64,000 bases of DNA from Deltaproteobacteria bacterium (GTDB lineage: Bacteria > Desulfobacterota > JADFVX01): positions 11,031 through 75,030 of the forward strand of contig JAOUBX010000011.1 of NCBI GenBank assembly GCA_029860075.1, read 5' to 3'. The notes beneath the pieces are model-generated. The model did not search any database, was not told the origin of the DNA, and saw only the letters and a list, made by a program, of their open reading frames with translations. The translations under genes were made by a program, and so were the position numbers. The number at the start of each line of letters is the position of its first letter. Position 1 is the stretch's first letter. Of the stretch, positions 36,673-45,732 are shown piece by piece.

Positions 36673-38298
36673 TTACTCCTCTTCCCTTCTGACTCTTCTT
36701 ACTAGCCAGAACTCACCGAGGCCCGTCAAAACGACACCGAGCAGTGCATAGATATAAACGTTCATCGGCGTGGGGGCCTCCATAAAGAGATAGTGCCAGG
36801 AGGAGAGACTCATAATAAGTCCATGCTCACCATTTGATCCATCCCATGCATTTAAAGCGAGAGGGATAAATTTGCCCTCTTCGAACTGGACGTCATTCTT
36901 GTCCTCTGTTTTAAGGGGGCGCTTCATAACCACTTTGTATGTAGCTCCCTTCCAAATCGCCTTTGACGTCACCTGCTGCTGGTCGGCCGGCTGTGACTTT
37001 ATGGGCTGTTTGTAACCCCTTGCAATAGAATCCTCTACAGCCGGTTCGCCGGCTGCATCCTTGTCGGCCTTCCATAGCCAGAGGTTCACCGGGTTTCCTG
37101 CATCACCTCTGAAGAAGTGAGGCTTCTTCGTCCCTTCAGCCATTTTGACGGGGAACTGTAAGGCGATGGAATCTCTGAAGTTATCAAAGTGTCGCGGGAT
37201 CATATCATTTGCCGCTACATATGAATTATATGCCCCTATTTTACTTATTTCCCTGGCATTAAACTCCTGCGATTCATCGTGTGTAAGATCCTGGAAAGGA
37301 TCATCCCACTCGACAAGGATGGCTATCTCTTTATCGTTATAGAGAGCCCTTACACTGGCAAGTTCGATACTTGGATTCTGCCATCTTGGCGCAGCAATAA
37401 CCTGTCCTGCCAGCCTTACATCCATAGGCTCGGCATTTTGCCACTGCGGTGCCTCGGGATCCTGAGGAAGTTCTCCATCGATCTTCTTTGCCTTCATTAC
37501 CGAGTGCTCTGTAGGGGTATACTGGAGCGACTTGATGTAGTTAGCCAGGTACCACCTTTCCTCATCATTAAAAGATTTTGCAAAGGAAGGCATGGGAGTA
37601 CCCATAATACCCGTTGAAAAGCGCATATAAATATCTTCAACTTCTGACCCTGCTTTAATTTTCCATGGCTGGGTAATATTCCTGATACGAATGGGAAAGC
37701 CCCAGTCATCTTCTTTTATATCCTTCTGACCATCACCCTTACCGCCTTTCCCATGACATTCAAAGCATTTTGCCCTCATAAAGAGTTCCTTGCCTTTTGC
37801 AATGGTATCTGCATTGTAGGGTGCTTTATTCGCGGGAAGACTTATTACTTTTTTACTTGGATCAAGCTCGGGATCTTCAAATTCCATGGCAAAGGTTTTG
37901 ATGTAATAGATAACCTGCCACCGTTCCTCTTCTGTAAGACCGTTCTTAATAATGTCATTATCAAAGGCCTGCATGGGAGTTCCCTGCAGACCACGGCTGA
38001 CAGTCCTGAAAAGATCTTCATCGGTAGGCAACTCACCACTTCCCGTCGTCCTGAACTTGAATACACCAAGGGTAAAATCTCTCGGTCTGGGATCCATATA
38101 ATCGGCAGCCGGGCCATTACCGTCCCCTAAAAGCCCGTGGCAGAAGCTGCACCTTTTGTAGTATATCTCTCTCCCTTTTTCAACGTTCTCAGGCGTCACA
38201 GGCGGCTTCGCCTTAGTCGGTTTTATGCCGGCCAGGGCACTAGTCCCAAACATAGTCATCAATATCGTTATTGCCAGAATGATTGCTCTTCTCTGCAT
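36673..38298 (-). CDS. Dihaem cytochrome c with large C-terminal domain and C-terminal TM anchor (paralogue of 16947..18479)
   Basis: Signal peptide, CSFCH and CFECH. Shares the conserved NPVNLWLWK / AWDGSN blocks with the paralogue. Terminal TM helix. Confidence 0.8.
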   Translation of the reverse strand: MQRRAIILAITILMTMFGTSALAGIKPTKAKPPVTPENVEKGREIYYKRCSFCHGLLGDGNGPAADYMDPRPRDFTLGVFKFRTTGSGELPTDEDLFRTVSRGLQGTPMQAFDNDIIKNGLTEEERWQVIYYIKTFAMEFEDPELDPSKKVISLPANKAPYNADTIAKGKELFMRAKCFECHGKGGKGDGQKDIKEDDWGFPIRIRNITQPWKIKAGSEVEDIYMRFSTGIMGTPMPSFAKSFNDEERWYLANYIKSLQYTPTEHSVMKAKKIDGELPQDPEAPQWQNAEPMDVRLAGQVIAAPRWQNPSIELASVRALYNDKEIAILVEWDDPFQDLTHDESQEFNAREISKIGAYNSYVAANDMIPRHFDNFRDSIALQFPVKMAEGTKKPHFFRGDAGNPVNLWLWKADKDAAGEPAVEDSIARGYKQPIKSQPADQQQVTSKAIWKGATYKVVMKRPLKTEDKNDVQFEEGKFIPLALNAWDGSNGEHGLIMSLSSWHYLFMEAPTPMNVYIYALLGVVLTGLGEFWLVRRVRREEE

Positions 38299-38379
38299 GT
38301 CAACCCTCTCTTAAAATTTTCAATTGTTTATTGACGATTGTTGAATGATTTTTCAACCATCAATCGTCAATCTTCAATC

Positions 38380-39369
38380 CTAGTGTTCCTCGCCCTCACC
38401 GTGAGATTCGGGGATGCGGGCTGTCTTCTCAGCCAGATCATACTCACCCATAATGATCTTCCATCTCTCATCGTCAGTGAGGTTGACTTTCCACTCAGGC
38501 ATTGCTGAGTCCCAGGGAGTCGCCTCTGTGGGCAGACCCGGGCCGCCGTTTGCAACCCTCCAGAAGGTATATCCCTCGACAATAACCTCAATTGTACCGT
38601 TATCAGTAAAGTTGATAGGCCTCAGCTTGAAGCCGTCAGCCATAGGCCCGTCACCGGCAACAGAGTCACCATGACAGGGTCGACAGTTCATTGCATAAAG
38701 AGCGCGTCCCTCAAAGAGATTCTTTTCATGCAATGCACCTCTGGCTGTCTCCCTGTCCACCTTACCTGATTCCACTTCCTTTATAAATTTCTTCCATGGC
38801 CCAGTAGGGATGAAAGACAAAGGATGGCCATCGGGATCAGGCCTCATTTCAAGCCAACTTTCAATATCGGCACTTACCTGGGGAATAAAATCTACCTCAC
38901 CGGCCTTTGCCTGTTCTACAAAGGCATCAATTTCCGCATCTGTCGGATTCTCCATGGGATTTTTCATGGACTCAAACTTTTTAGGAAAGTTCGATGAGGG
39001 GTGCTGTATCCTGAGGGCCACAGGAGGGTTCACTTTTGGAACCGTAAAATCGTAAACCTGCCATCCCACAACAAGAGGAACGACGGCTAAGACCACACTG
39101 CGCTGTAAACTGCCAAATTCACCTTTTAGCAGCCTAAGGATTGGCCTCAGGAACTCATTCATTCCCTCATCGGAAAATGTGACGTAGAGAAAAAGAGCAA
39201 CAAGCGTGAGTACCATATAGAAGAGCACCAACGTTCCCGGCACAGGAAGGGGGAAAGGCATCCCCGTTGCCTGCCTTGAGATGAAGGGGATGAGCCACTT
39301 TATAAGACCGTATATGACTAGCAGGGTCAAAACGATTGTCCAGAAGAAATTTAACTTTGATTTACCCAT
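38380..39369 (-). CDS. Membrane-anchored monohaem cytochrome c (paralogue of 18686..19456)
   Basis: N-terminal TM helices, CRPCH. Confidence 0.8.
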   Translation of the reverse strand: MGKSKLNFFWTIVLTLLVIYGLIKWLIPFISRQATGMPFPLPVPGTLVLFYMVLTLVALFLYVTFSDEGMNEFLRPILRLLKGEFGSLQRSVVLAVVPLVVGWQVYDFTVPKVNPPVALRIQHPSSNFPKKFESMKNPMENPTDAEIDAFVEQAKAGEVDFIPQVSADIESWLEMRPDPDGHPLSFIPTGPWKKFIKEVESGKVDRETARGALHEKNLFEGRALYAMNCRPCHGDSVAGDGPMADGFKLRPINFTDNGTIEVIVEGYTFWRVANGGPGLPTEATPWDSAMPEWKVNLTDDERWKIIMGEYDLAEKTARIPESHGEGEEH

Positions 39370-39396
39370 TTATATCTCCCTTATCGTATCAATTCT

Positions 39397-40371
39397 TTAT
39401 TTTTGAGCTTTTTGCATAATCAGGTAGGAAAGCACATCCTGATAATCCTTTACCGTAAGAGATTCGGAAAGGTCATCAGGCATTACGCTTGTACTCTCAT
39501 CTATCTTTGATTCTTTAATATCACTCTTGCTGATAGTGACAACGTCTCCATCTGCCTTGGTGATGTCGATTTCCGTCGCTTCATCACGGGTTTTAATCCC
39601 TTTGAACTGTCGCCCTTCTTTATTAACAACGACGTGGGTCTCAAAACCTTCAACAATAACAGTACCGGGCTGAACGATAGATTCGGAAATATACTTAAGA
39701 CCCTTCTTGCCTATTGCGGAAAGTTGGGGGCCTATTTCTCCTCCCTCGTCACCTATCATATGACACTCACTGCAGTTGTCCTCAAAAACAATCTTCCCGT
39801 TACCGGGGTCACCGCCTCCGGCTGCTGAAGCTGCTGCGATTTTGTCGTAATATTTTTTTGTTACCTCACTTGGATTATTGAGAGCATCCATGTCGAGATC
39901 TCCACCCTGACTCTGAAGATAAACAACAACGGCCTTGATCTCGTCGAGGCTTAGCGATATTGGCGGAGCAAAGACGATTGCCATCTCATTTTTATAGCCA
40001 TCTACCACGAAAGCTCCCGGATCGGCCAGACTCTCTACAAGATAATCGGTAGGTGAATAATTTTTTCCCGTCTGCTCACTGCGCTCTTTGGCCCTCTCAA
40101 CCGCTCTCGCACCGATGGGCAATGCAAACTTTTCTCCGAACTGACCCAAATTGGGACACCTGACGGCGCTTCCCCTGTCCCCAAGGCTGTGGCAGGTAAA
40201 GCAACGACCTTTACCCCAGAAGATGGCTTCACCCCCTTCGGGAGTGACCTCTACTGCACCGCCTCCACCCTTTTTTTCACCACCCGTAAGGTCGGTTATG
40301 GCCTTTCCTACATAAAGAAAGGTGGCCAGAACCAACAGCAGAAATATAAAAACATTAAGAACAGCTTTCAT
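39397..40371 (-). CDS. Dihaem class-I cytochrome c (paralogue of 19471..20280)
   Basis: Signal anchor, CFTCH and CSECH. Confidence 0.8.
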   Translation of the reverse strand: MKAVLNVFIFLLLVLATFLYVGKAITDLTGGEKKGGGGAVEVTPEGGEAIFWGKGRCFTCHSLGDRGSAVRCPNLGQFGEKFALPIGARAVERAKERSEQTGKNYSPTDYLVESLADPGAFVVDGYKNEMAIVFAPPISLSLDEIKAVVVYLQSQGGDLDMDALNNPSEVTKKYYDKIAAASAAGGGDPGNGKIVFEDNCSECHMIGDEGGEIGPQLSAIGKKGLKYISESIVQPGTVIVEGFETHVVVNKEGRQFKGIKTRDEATEIDITKADGDVVTISKSDIKESKIDESTSVMPDDLSESLTVKDYQDVLSYLIMQKAQK

Positions 40372-40503
40372 TGATAACCTCCAAAGAATAGTTCTGAAAA
40401 TGACTTGTAATCTCCCCTAACCCCTCTTTTTCTAAGAGGGGAACATTGCTCTTTCCCCCTTAGAAAAAGGGGGATTAAGGGGATTTTCAAATAACTTTAT
40501 TAA

Positions 40504-42615
40504 TCAATCCTTCTTTTTCTGCGAAGCAATACCGCCAAGCCAGAACATAAAGGCCACTCCAACGAGGAAGACCAGAACGGAAAGTCCTACCATCTGCGTC
40601 ATAGTGTAGTTACTGGGCGTATAGGCCCACTCCGATGTATCCCTCATTACGCCAAAGATATGCCAGTCAGTCCTGAGTCCTGAACGGATGAAACCCATAA
40701 GCCCCATATTCATGGTAATAACTATGGTCAAAAGAAGGAGCGCGTACTGACTTCTTACTGTCATCTTTCCCCACTTCAGCGGTCCGATCTCCTTGGCATT
40801 TCTGAAAAGGAAGGCATCAATGGCACTGACAAGGATCAAAGCGCTGATTAGCTGTAGAAACTGGCTAACAGCAATATTCCTGAGGAAGGGCGATGCTTTT
40901 TCCATCACAACAAAGCCATAAACACCCAGGAAACCTGTGACGCTTAAAGCCGTAAAACCGAGATAGAGATATTGACCTAAAACCCCTTTATCCTTTAAGG
41001 CAAGGAGAACAGCAACAACAGCTACTGCACAGTTAGCTAGAAGAAGGTAGCCCGTTGTTTTAAAATACTCGGTCCGGTCCGCCGGTAGATCGAGGCTACC
41101 TGGATCGAGGGTGATCATGGAGACGGCATACTGACCAACAATCAATATGGCCAACAGGCCTGCCATAGGGATCACAATTTTAGGCGCTTTTCCTTGCCGG
41201 CTGATTGGCAGAGTATCACCTTTATTCCCTCTTCTGTATAGGAGAAAGCTGAAAAAAGTAGCCAGGATGATCAGGTTAACAACCGCATTCTTTGCCGGCA
41301 TCAGTCCTAAATATTTCAAGGTGGGGTGATACTGGCTACCACCCATCTGGGATACCTCTTGACCGGTAAGGGGCAGATTGTGAGGCGTCAGCCACACGGC
41401 AAAGGAGATGATAATAGCACCGAGAATGAACTTTATATATTTATAATACCTCTCCGCCCCGGGTATCCTCGTCATGCCGCTCCATAGATAGTAGTTACTT
41501 ATAAGGAAAAGCGACCCTACGAGCATAGCCTGGATGATAAAAGTCCATGAGAAGTCACCGCCCATCATGTTGTTCCCCATAACGGCACTCGTTGAATAGA
41601 CCTCACGTCCGAGATAGTATCCAGCGAAGGGAAGAGGAATAAGGGCTGCTATAGCGACGAAGTTCGCAATATAGCCCATCCAGTCATAATGAGCTTTCTC
41701 TTCATCAGTTTTTGATCCGAGAAATTTGACTGCCGCATAGGAACCTGCAACCAATCCTCCAAAAGCAAGGTTCCCAAGCATTCTGTGAATGGCCACCGGT
41801 GTTGCAAGGGTGTTTTCGAATACCTGCCAGAGCGTACCCGTCAGTACTCCCTTCTGGTCAACACCTCCGGGGCTCATCATAAAGCCGACCCAGGAATTAG
41901 CCATCTGCATGATAGCCGTACCAACGACGTTTAGCAAAATACCTATCAGTATGTGGGTACTCTTCCTGTCCTTCACCATCATTAAACCGATACCAACAGG
42001 TAAAATGTAGAGAAAAGCCATAAAGGTTCTCGTATCAGTCCTCATTTGGGGACCGAATGCTCCAAAGAAGAAAGCTATGCCGATCAAAATGACAACGGCA
42101 CCGAGACCTTTCATGAACCACTGCACAGGTTTGCTGTACTCTTCTCCGCCACTGAGCCAGCCCCAGCCGTAATAGTATAGATAGAGGCAGAAGGTTTCGC
42201 CGAAGAAAAGGAGGGCATAAATGAACATGACGTCCTTGAAGTTGCCCGCCATATACCCCATGAATGTGGGATAAAGTGTAAAAAGGGCAAAGGCGAGAAG
42301 CCCGCCGAATGCAGCCGTTGTCGCATAGGCAACACTCAAAAGAGATGTAAACTCGTATGACAGCTTGTCGAACTTCTTATCTCCACCCTTCCAGCCTACG
42401 ATCTCGATTATCACCGCAAATAGCGGAACACCAAGAACAAAAGCCCCGAAAAATAGGTGCATCTGGGCTATAAACCAGACAACCTTCCTGGAGTCGAGGC
42501 CCAACACCTGCCGGTATACATTCTCTTCAAGGGCATATGCCGTTGATGATAGTACAAGCGCCATCAACAGGGCCGCAACGCCCCCTTTAACAATCTTATT
42601 AGATAACAAAGTCAT
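40504..42615 (-). CDS. Cytochrome bd superfamily (CydA-like) membrane protein, CydB-less, copy 2
   Basis: 703 aa. It has FIAQMHLFFGAFVLGVPLFAVIIEIVG (CydA helix-1 His/Glu motif), HYDWMGY, and C-terminal GFIRSGLRTDWHIFGVMRD, which aligns with the CydA GRQPW motif region. Collinear with copy 1. Confidence 0.8.
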   Translation of the reverse strand: MTLLSNKIVKGGVAALLMALVLSSTAYALEENVYRQVLGLDSRKVVWFIAQMHLFFGAFVLGVPLFAVIIEIVGWKGGDKKFDKLSYEFTSLLSVAYATTAAFGGLLAFALFTLYPTFMGYMAGNFKDVMFIYALLFFGETFCLYLYYYGWGWLSGGEEYSKPVQWFMKGLGAVVILIGIAFFFGAFGPQMRTDTRTFMAFLYILPVGIGLMMVKDRKSTHILIGILLNVVGTAIMQMANSWVGFMMSPGGVDQKGVLTGTLWQVFENTLATPVAIHRMLGNLAFGGLVAGSYAAVKFLGSKTDEEKAHYDWMGYIANFVAIAALIPLPFAGYYLGREVYSTSAVMGNNMMGGDFSWTFIIQAMLVGSLFLISNYYLWSGMTRIPGAERYYKYIKFILGAIIISFAVWLTPHNLPLTGQEVSQMGGSQYHPTLKYLGLMPAKNAVVNLIILATFFSFLLYRRGNKGDTLPISRQGKAPKIVIPMAGLLAILIVGQYAVSMITLDPGSLDLPADRTEYFKTTGYLLLANCAVAVVAVLLALKDKGVLGQYLYLGFTALSVTGFLGVYGFVVMEKASPFLRNIAVSQFLQLISALILVSAIDAFLFRNAKEIGPLKWGKMTVRSQYALLLLTIVITMNMGLMGFIRSGLRTDWHIFGVMRDTSEWAYTPSNYTMTQMVGLSVLVFLVGVAFMFWLGGIASQKKKD

Positions 42616-42785
42616 ATCTGTAACACCTCCATAAAAATCTCACATAGAAAGAAATTTGCAGGGGCAAACCCCTGTGTTTACCCTTTTTAAATAAAGGGCA
42701 AAGGCGGGGATCTAAATTGCCTTTTTTTATTTATTTTAAAACAAGGGCAGGCACGGGGGGCTGCCCCTACGGACAAATTAAATAG

Positions 42786-43331
42786 CTATTTCTCTCTTTT
42801 AAGCGCCCTTACAAACCTCACCACACCGGCAATCTCTTCCACCTCCATCTCTTCATCGTCGATATTCGTTTTACTGCAGATATTGATGGGTTCCGTCAAA
42901 TCCTTCAGTTTATCGTTAGAAGGAGTCTTGCTATTCAAAGGAGGAATGGATTGACTATGGCATTCCAGGCAAATTTCTTCAAAGAGCTTGTCACCTGTAA
43001 CGGCCCTGGCATAGAGGATCATGCTCTTCATTTCATCCTCGTTAATAACGTCCTTCCAGGGAGGCATTAGCTCTCCCTTTCCCTCCTTGATCGTCTTTAA
43101 AAGTTCCTCCTCCTTTTTATCGAGCCGTTCACCCTTTGCAAAGTTAGGGGCTTCAGGAAGAACTGAATTACCGTCAAAGCCATGACAGGCTGCACAGTTT
43201 TCTTCATAGATGGCTCTAGCCTTTTTTATTATTTCAAGTTTCTCTACCCACTTTGCATCTTCAGCGGCAAAGGCCGAACCTGTAAAAGCAGCTGCTAATA
43301 ACAATGCCAGAATGATAATTACTCTATTCAT
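42786..43331 (-). CDS. Periplasmic dihaem cytochrome c
   Basis: 181 aa, signal peptide, CAACH and CLECH. Confidence 0.8.
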   Translation of the reverse strand: MNRVIIILALLLAAAFTGSAFAAEDAKWVEKLEIIKKARAIYEENCAACHGFDGNSVLPEAPNFAKGERLDKKEEELLKTIKEGKGELMPPWKDVINEDEMKSMILYARAVTGDKLFEEICLECHSQSIPPLNSKTPSNDKLKDLTEPINICSKTNIDDEEMEVEEIAGVVRFVRALKREK

Positions 43332-43343
43332 CTTTTCTCCTCA

Positions 43344-45665
43344 TTAGTGTAATGTACCGGAAAGAGCCGAATAAAATTCCGCCAGTGCATCTATGCACAT
43401 CCAGTGATACTCCTCATAGTCGGCATCGTTAAGACGGTCCAGGAGTATTTGTGTACAATGTGGATCTTCCAGCCGTCTCAATGTCCTTGCAGCCTCACGT
43501 CGCAACTCCCCGCCATGATCAAATATGACATTCAGTACTTTTCCGCTAAGCTCCCCTTCTTCTTCATCTTCTGTTACAACATTGAGGGCCGCCCTCTTTA
43601 CCACCATCTCTTCATCATCAAGAGCCCTGGATAACAAATCCACTGCTGTCGAACCCTCCATAGAAGCGGCCACATTCAAGGCTCTCTCACGTACAAAGTA
43701 GTCAGGGTCACCTATTAGTATATGGAGCTTTTCTTCGATAACACTCTGAGCACCGAAACCCTTAAGGGCATCTATTGAAGCAAGTCTTACATCTCTGCTA
43801 TCAGATTCAAGCCCTTCCAGTACTAAAGGAAGTGACTTTTCATCACCTATCCTGCCAAGAGAAGTAATAACCTCCTTACAGATATCAGGATTATCAATAT
43901 CCACAGCCTCAGTTAAAGTCTCAAGCGCCTTTTCGCACTTCCTCTCTCCAAGGAGCCTTGCAGCAATAAGCTTCACTCTTATCTCTCTCTGTTCCATCTC
44001 AAAAGACCTGGCTTCCTCTTCAAGTTTGCGCTTTATCTCTCTATTCTCCTGAGCTTCAGGGGAAACCTGCGAAGCCATGATGGAAGCAAGAGTGGAAACA
44101 TCCTCCTTACCGATAGCCACCTCTCCATCGCCCAACAATTCTTCTACAGAGGGTTTATCTTCTTCACTCTCTTCCTCAATGGAGTTCATATCTTCCGATA
44201 TATGAGACACTTCACATTGGTCAACTGTTTCAGTCACAAAACCTTCTAGTAAGATATCTGCAAGTGTTTCCACTGATCCCTCAGGGTCTATCTCGGCAAG
44301 TGCCGTCATGGAAGCGATGGAAACGTTATCCTTCTTATCAAAAACAGTCCTCTTCAGCACCTCTACAGGATCAATGACTTCTTCCACACTTTCCACTGCC
44401 TCACCCTCTTCGTCTGAGGCATCTAAAAGCTCTTCTTCCCCAACAGTCTCATCCACCTCCCGGGACTCCATTCCCTTGCCCTTCAACATCCTGCCTAGAG
44501 CTATTGCAGCCTGAACTCTCACATTATTATCCATCTTTTCGTCATCGAGCATGGAGGCAATCTTTTCCTCAGGGCCCTCTTTAGCTATTTTTCCCAATGC
44601 TAAAACAGCGGCATAATTAAGGTCTCTATCATCGACGGAAAGATACATGCTGATTAGATCTACATATTCAGGACTGCCGATTTCACCCAGTATTTTCAGA
44701 ACTTTAGTGATGAGATAAGGGCTTGGGGAGTCACTCATCAACTTGATTAGTTTTTCGGCAACAGCCTTACCACGCATTTTTCCAAGAATTTCTGCTGCTT
44801 CCTCACAGACATTACTGTTGTTATCAGACAAAAGCATGGTAAGAGGAACAATGATCTGGGGACTCTTTGTGGCGCCCAGTGCCCTCGCCGCATATATGCG
44901 CACGTCCGGATCTTCATCCAGTAGCGCGTTACTCAATGATTCAAGAAGCCGGTTATCTATTTCACCGTTTTCGTTAGTTATAAAGTCAAGTTCTATAAAG
45001 GCCTTGGCCGCCCTTCTTCTGGCTAACCTTCCACCCTTTTCAAGTTGCTCAAGGAGGAAGTTCGTAGCCCTGGTACTGCTCAATTTGGCAAGCACCCTGA
45101 ATCCTTTTTCCTGGAGGTCTTCATATTCCTCATTGAGAAGAAGTTCTATTACACCATCGGCGGCATTTTCATCACCCAATTCACCGAGAGCATCGAGGGC
45201 CTGGCTCTGCACTTCCCATGCAGGAGCAAATTCCATATCATCCCCTTCACCGTCATAGATATCGAGGTAGCCATCCTCTTTGATACATTCCATCAAGACG
45301 TTAAGGGCCTTTTTCGACCTCATTTTACCCAGCGCGATAACGGCCTGGATACGCACCTCTCCATCGGGGTCATTCTTTAAGGTATCGATCAAAGGATCGA
45401 CGGCATCTTCCATATTCAAATTACCGAGCGCTTGCGCCGCATCCATACTCACATCAGGATCACTATCGTGCAAGGCATCTATAAGCTTATTTATGGATTC
45501 TTTATCAATAGCCTTCATTTTTTCAAGAGCCCTTACAGCACAACACCTTGAAAGAGAATTATCTCTGCTCAATACTTCCTGAAGATTTTCTATCACTGTT
45601 TCACGGTTTGCTTTTTTTATACTGTTCATAGGTTCCGTCATTTCAGTTATCATAATTAAGACCAT
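43344..45665 (-). CDS. HEAT/PBS-lyase-type repeat protein
   Basis: 773 aa of repeated ~30-aa units (AVRALGKIG-like) with acidic linkers. No catalytic motifs. Sits 67 bp downstream of the aioA-like gene. Confidence 0.6.
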   Translation of the reverse strand: MVLIMITEMTEPMNSIKKANRETVIENLQEVLSRDNSLSRCCAVRALEKMKAIDKESINKLIDALHDSDPDVSMDAAQALGNLNMEDAVDPLIDTLKNDPDGEVRIQAVIALGKMRSKKALNVLMECIKEDGYLDIYDGEGDDMEFAPAWEVQSQALDALGELGDENAADGVIELLLNEEYEDLQEKGFRVLAKLSSTRATNFLLEQLEKGGRLARRRAAKAFIELDFITNENGEIDNRLLESLSNALLDEDPDVRIYAARALGATKSPQIIVPLTMLLSDNNSNVCEEAAEILGKMRGKAVAEKLIKLMSDSPSPYLITKVLKILGEIGSPEYVDLISMYLSVDDRDLNYAAVLALGKIAKEGPEEKIASMLDDEKMDNNVRVQAAIALGRMLKGKGMESREVDETVGEEELLDASDEEGEAVESVEEVIDPVEVLKRTVFDKKDNVSIASMTALAEIDPEGSVETLADILLEGFVTETVDQCEVSHISEDMNSIEEESEEDKPSVEELLGDGEVAIGKEDVSTLASIMASQVSPEAQENREIKRKLEEEARSFEMEQREIRVKLIAARLLGERKCEKALETLTEAVDIDNPDICKEVITSLGRIGDEKSLPLVLEGLESDSRDVRLASIDALKGFGAQSVIEEKLHILIGDPDYFVRERALNVAASMEGSTAVDLLSRALDDEEMVVKRAALNVVTEDEEEGELSGKVLNVIFDHGGELRREAARTLRRLEDPHCTQILLDRLNDADYEEYHWMCIDALAEFYSALSGTLH

Positions 45666-45732
45666 TTCATCACATTTGTTAGAAAAATCAGGGGCACCCC
45701 CACATAAGGATGCCCCTGAAAGAAAACAGACT

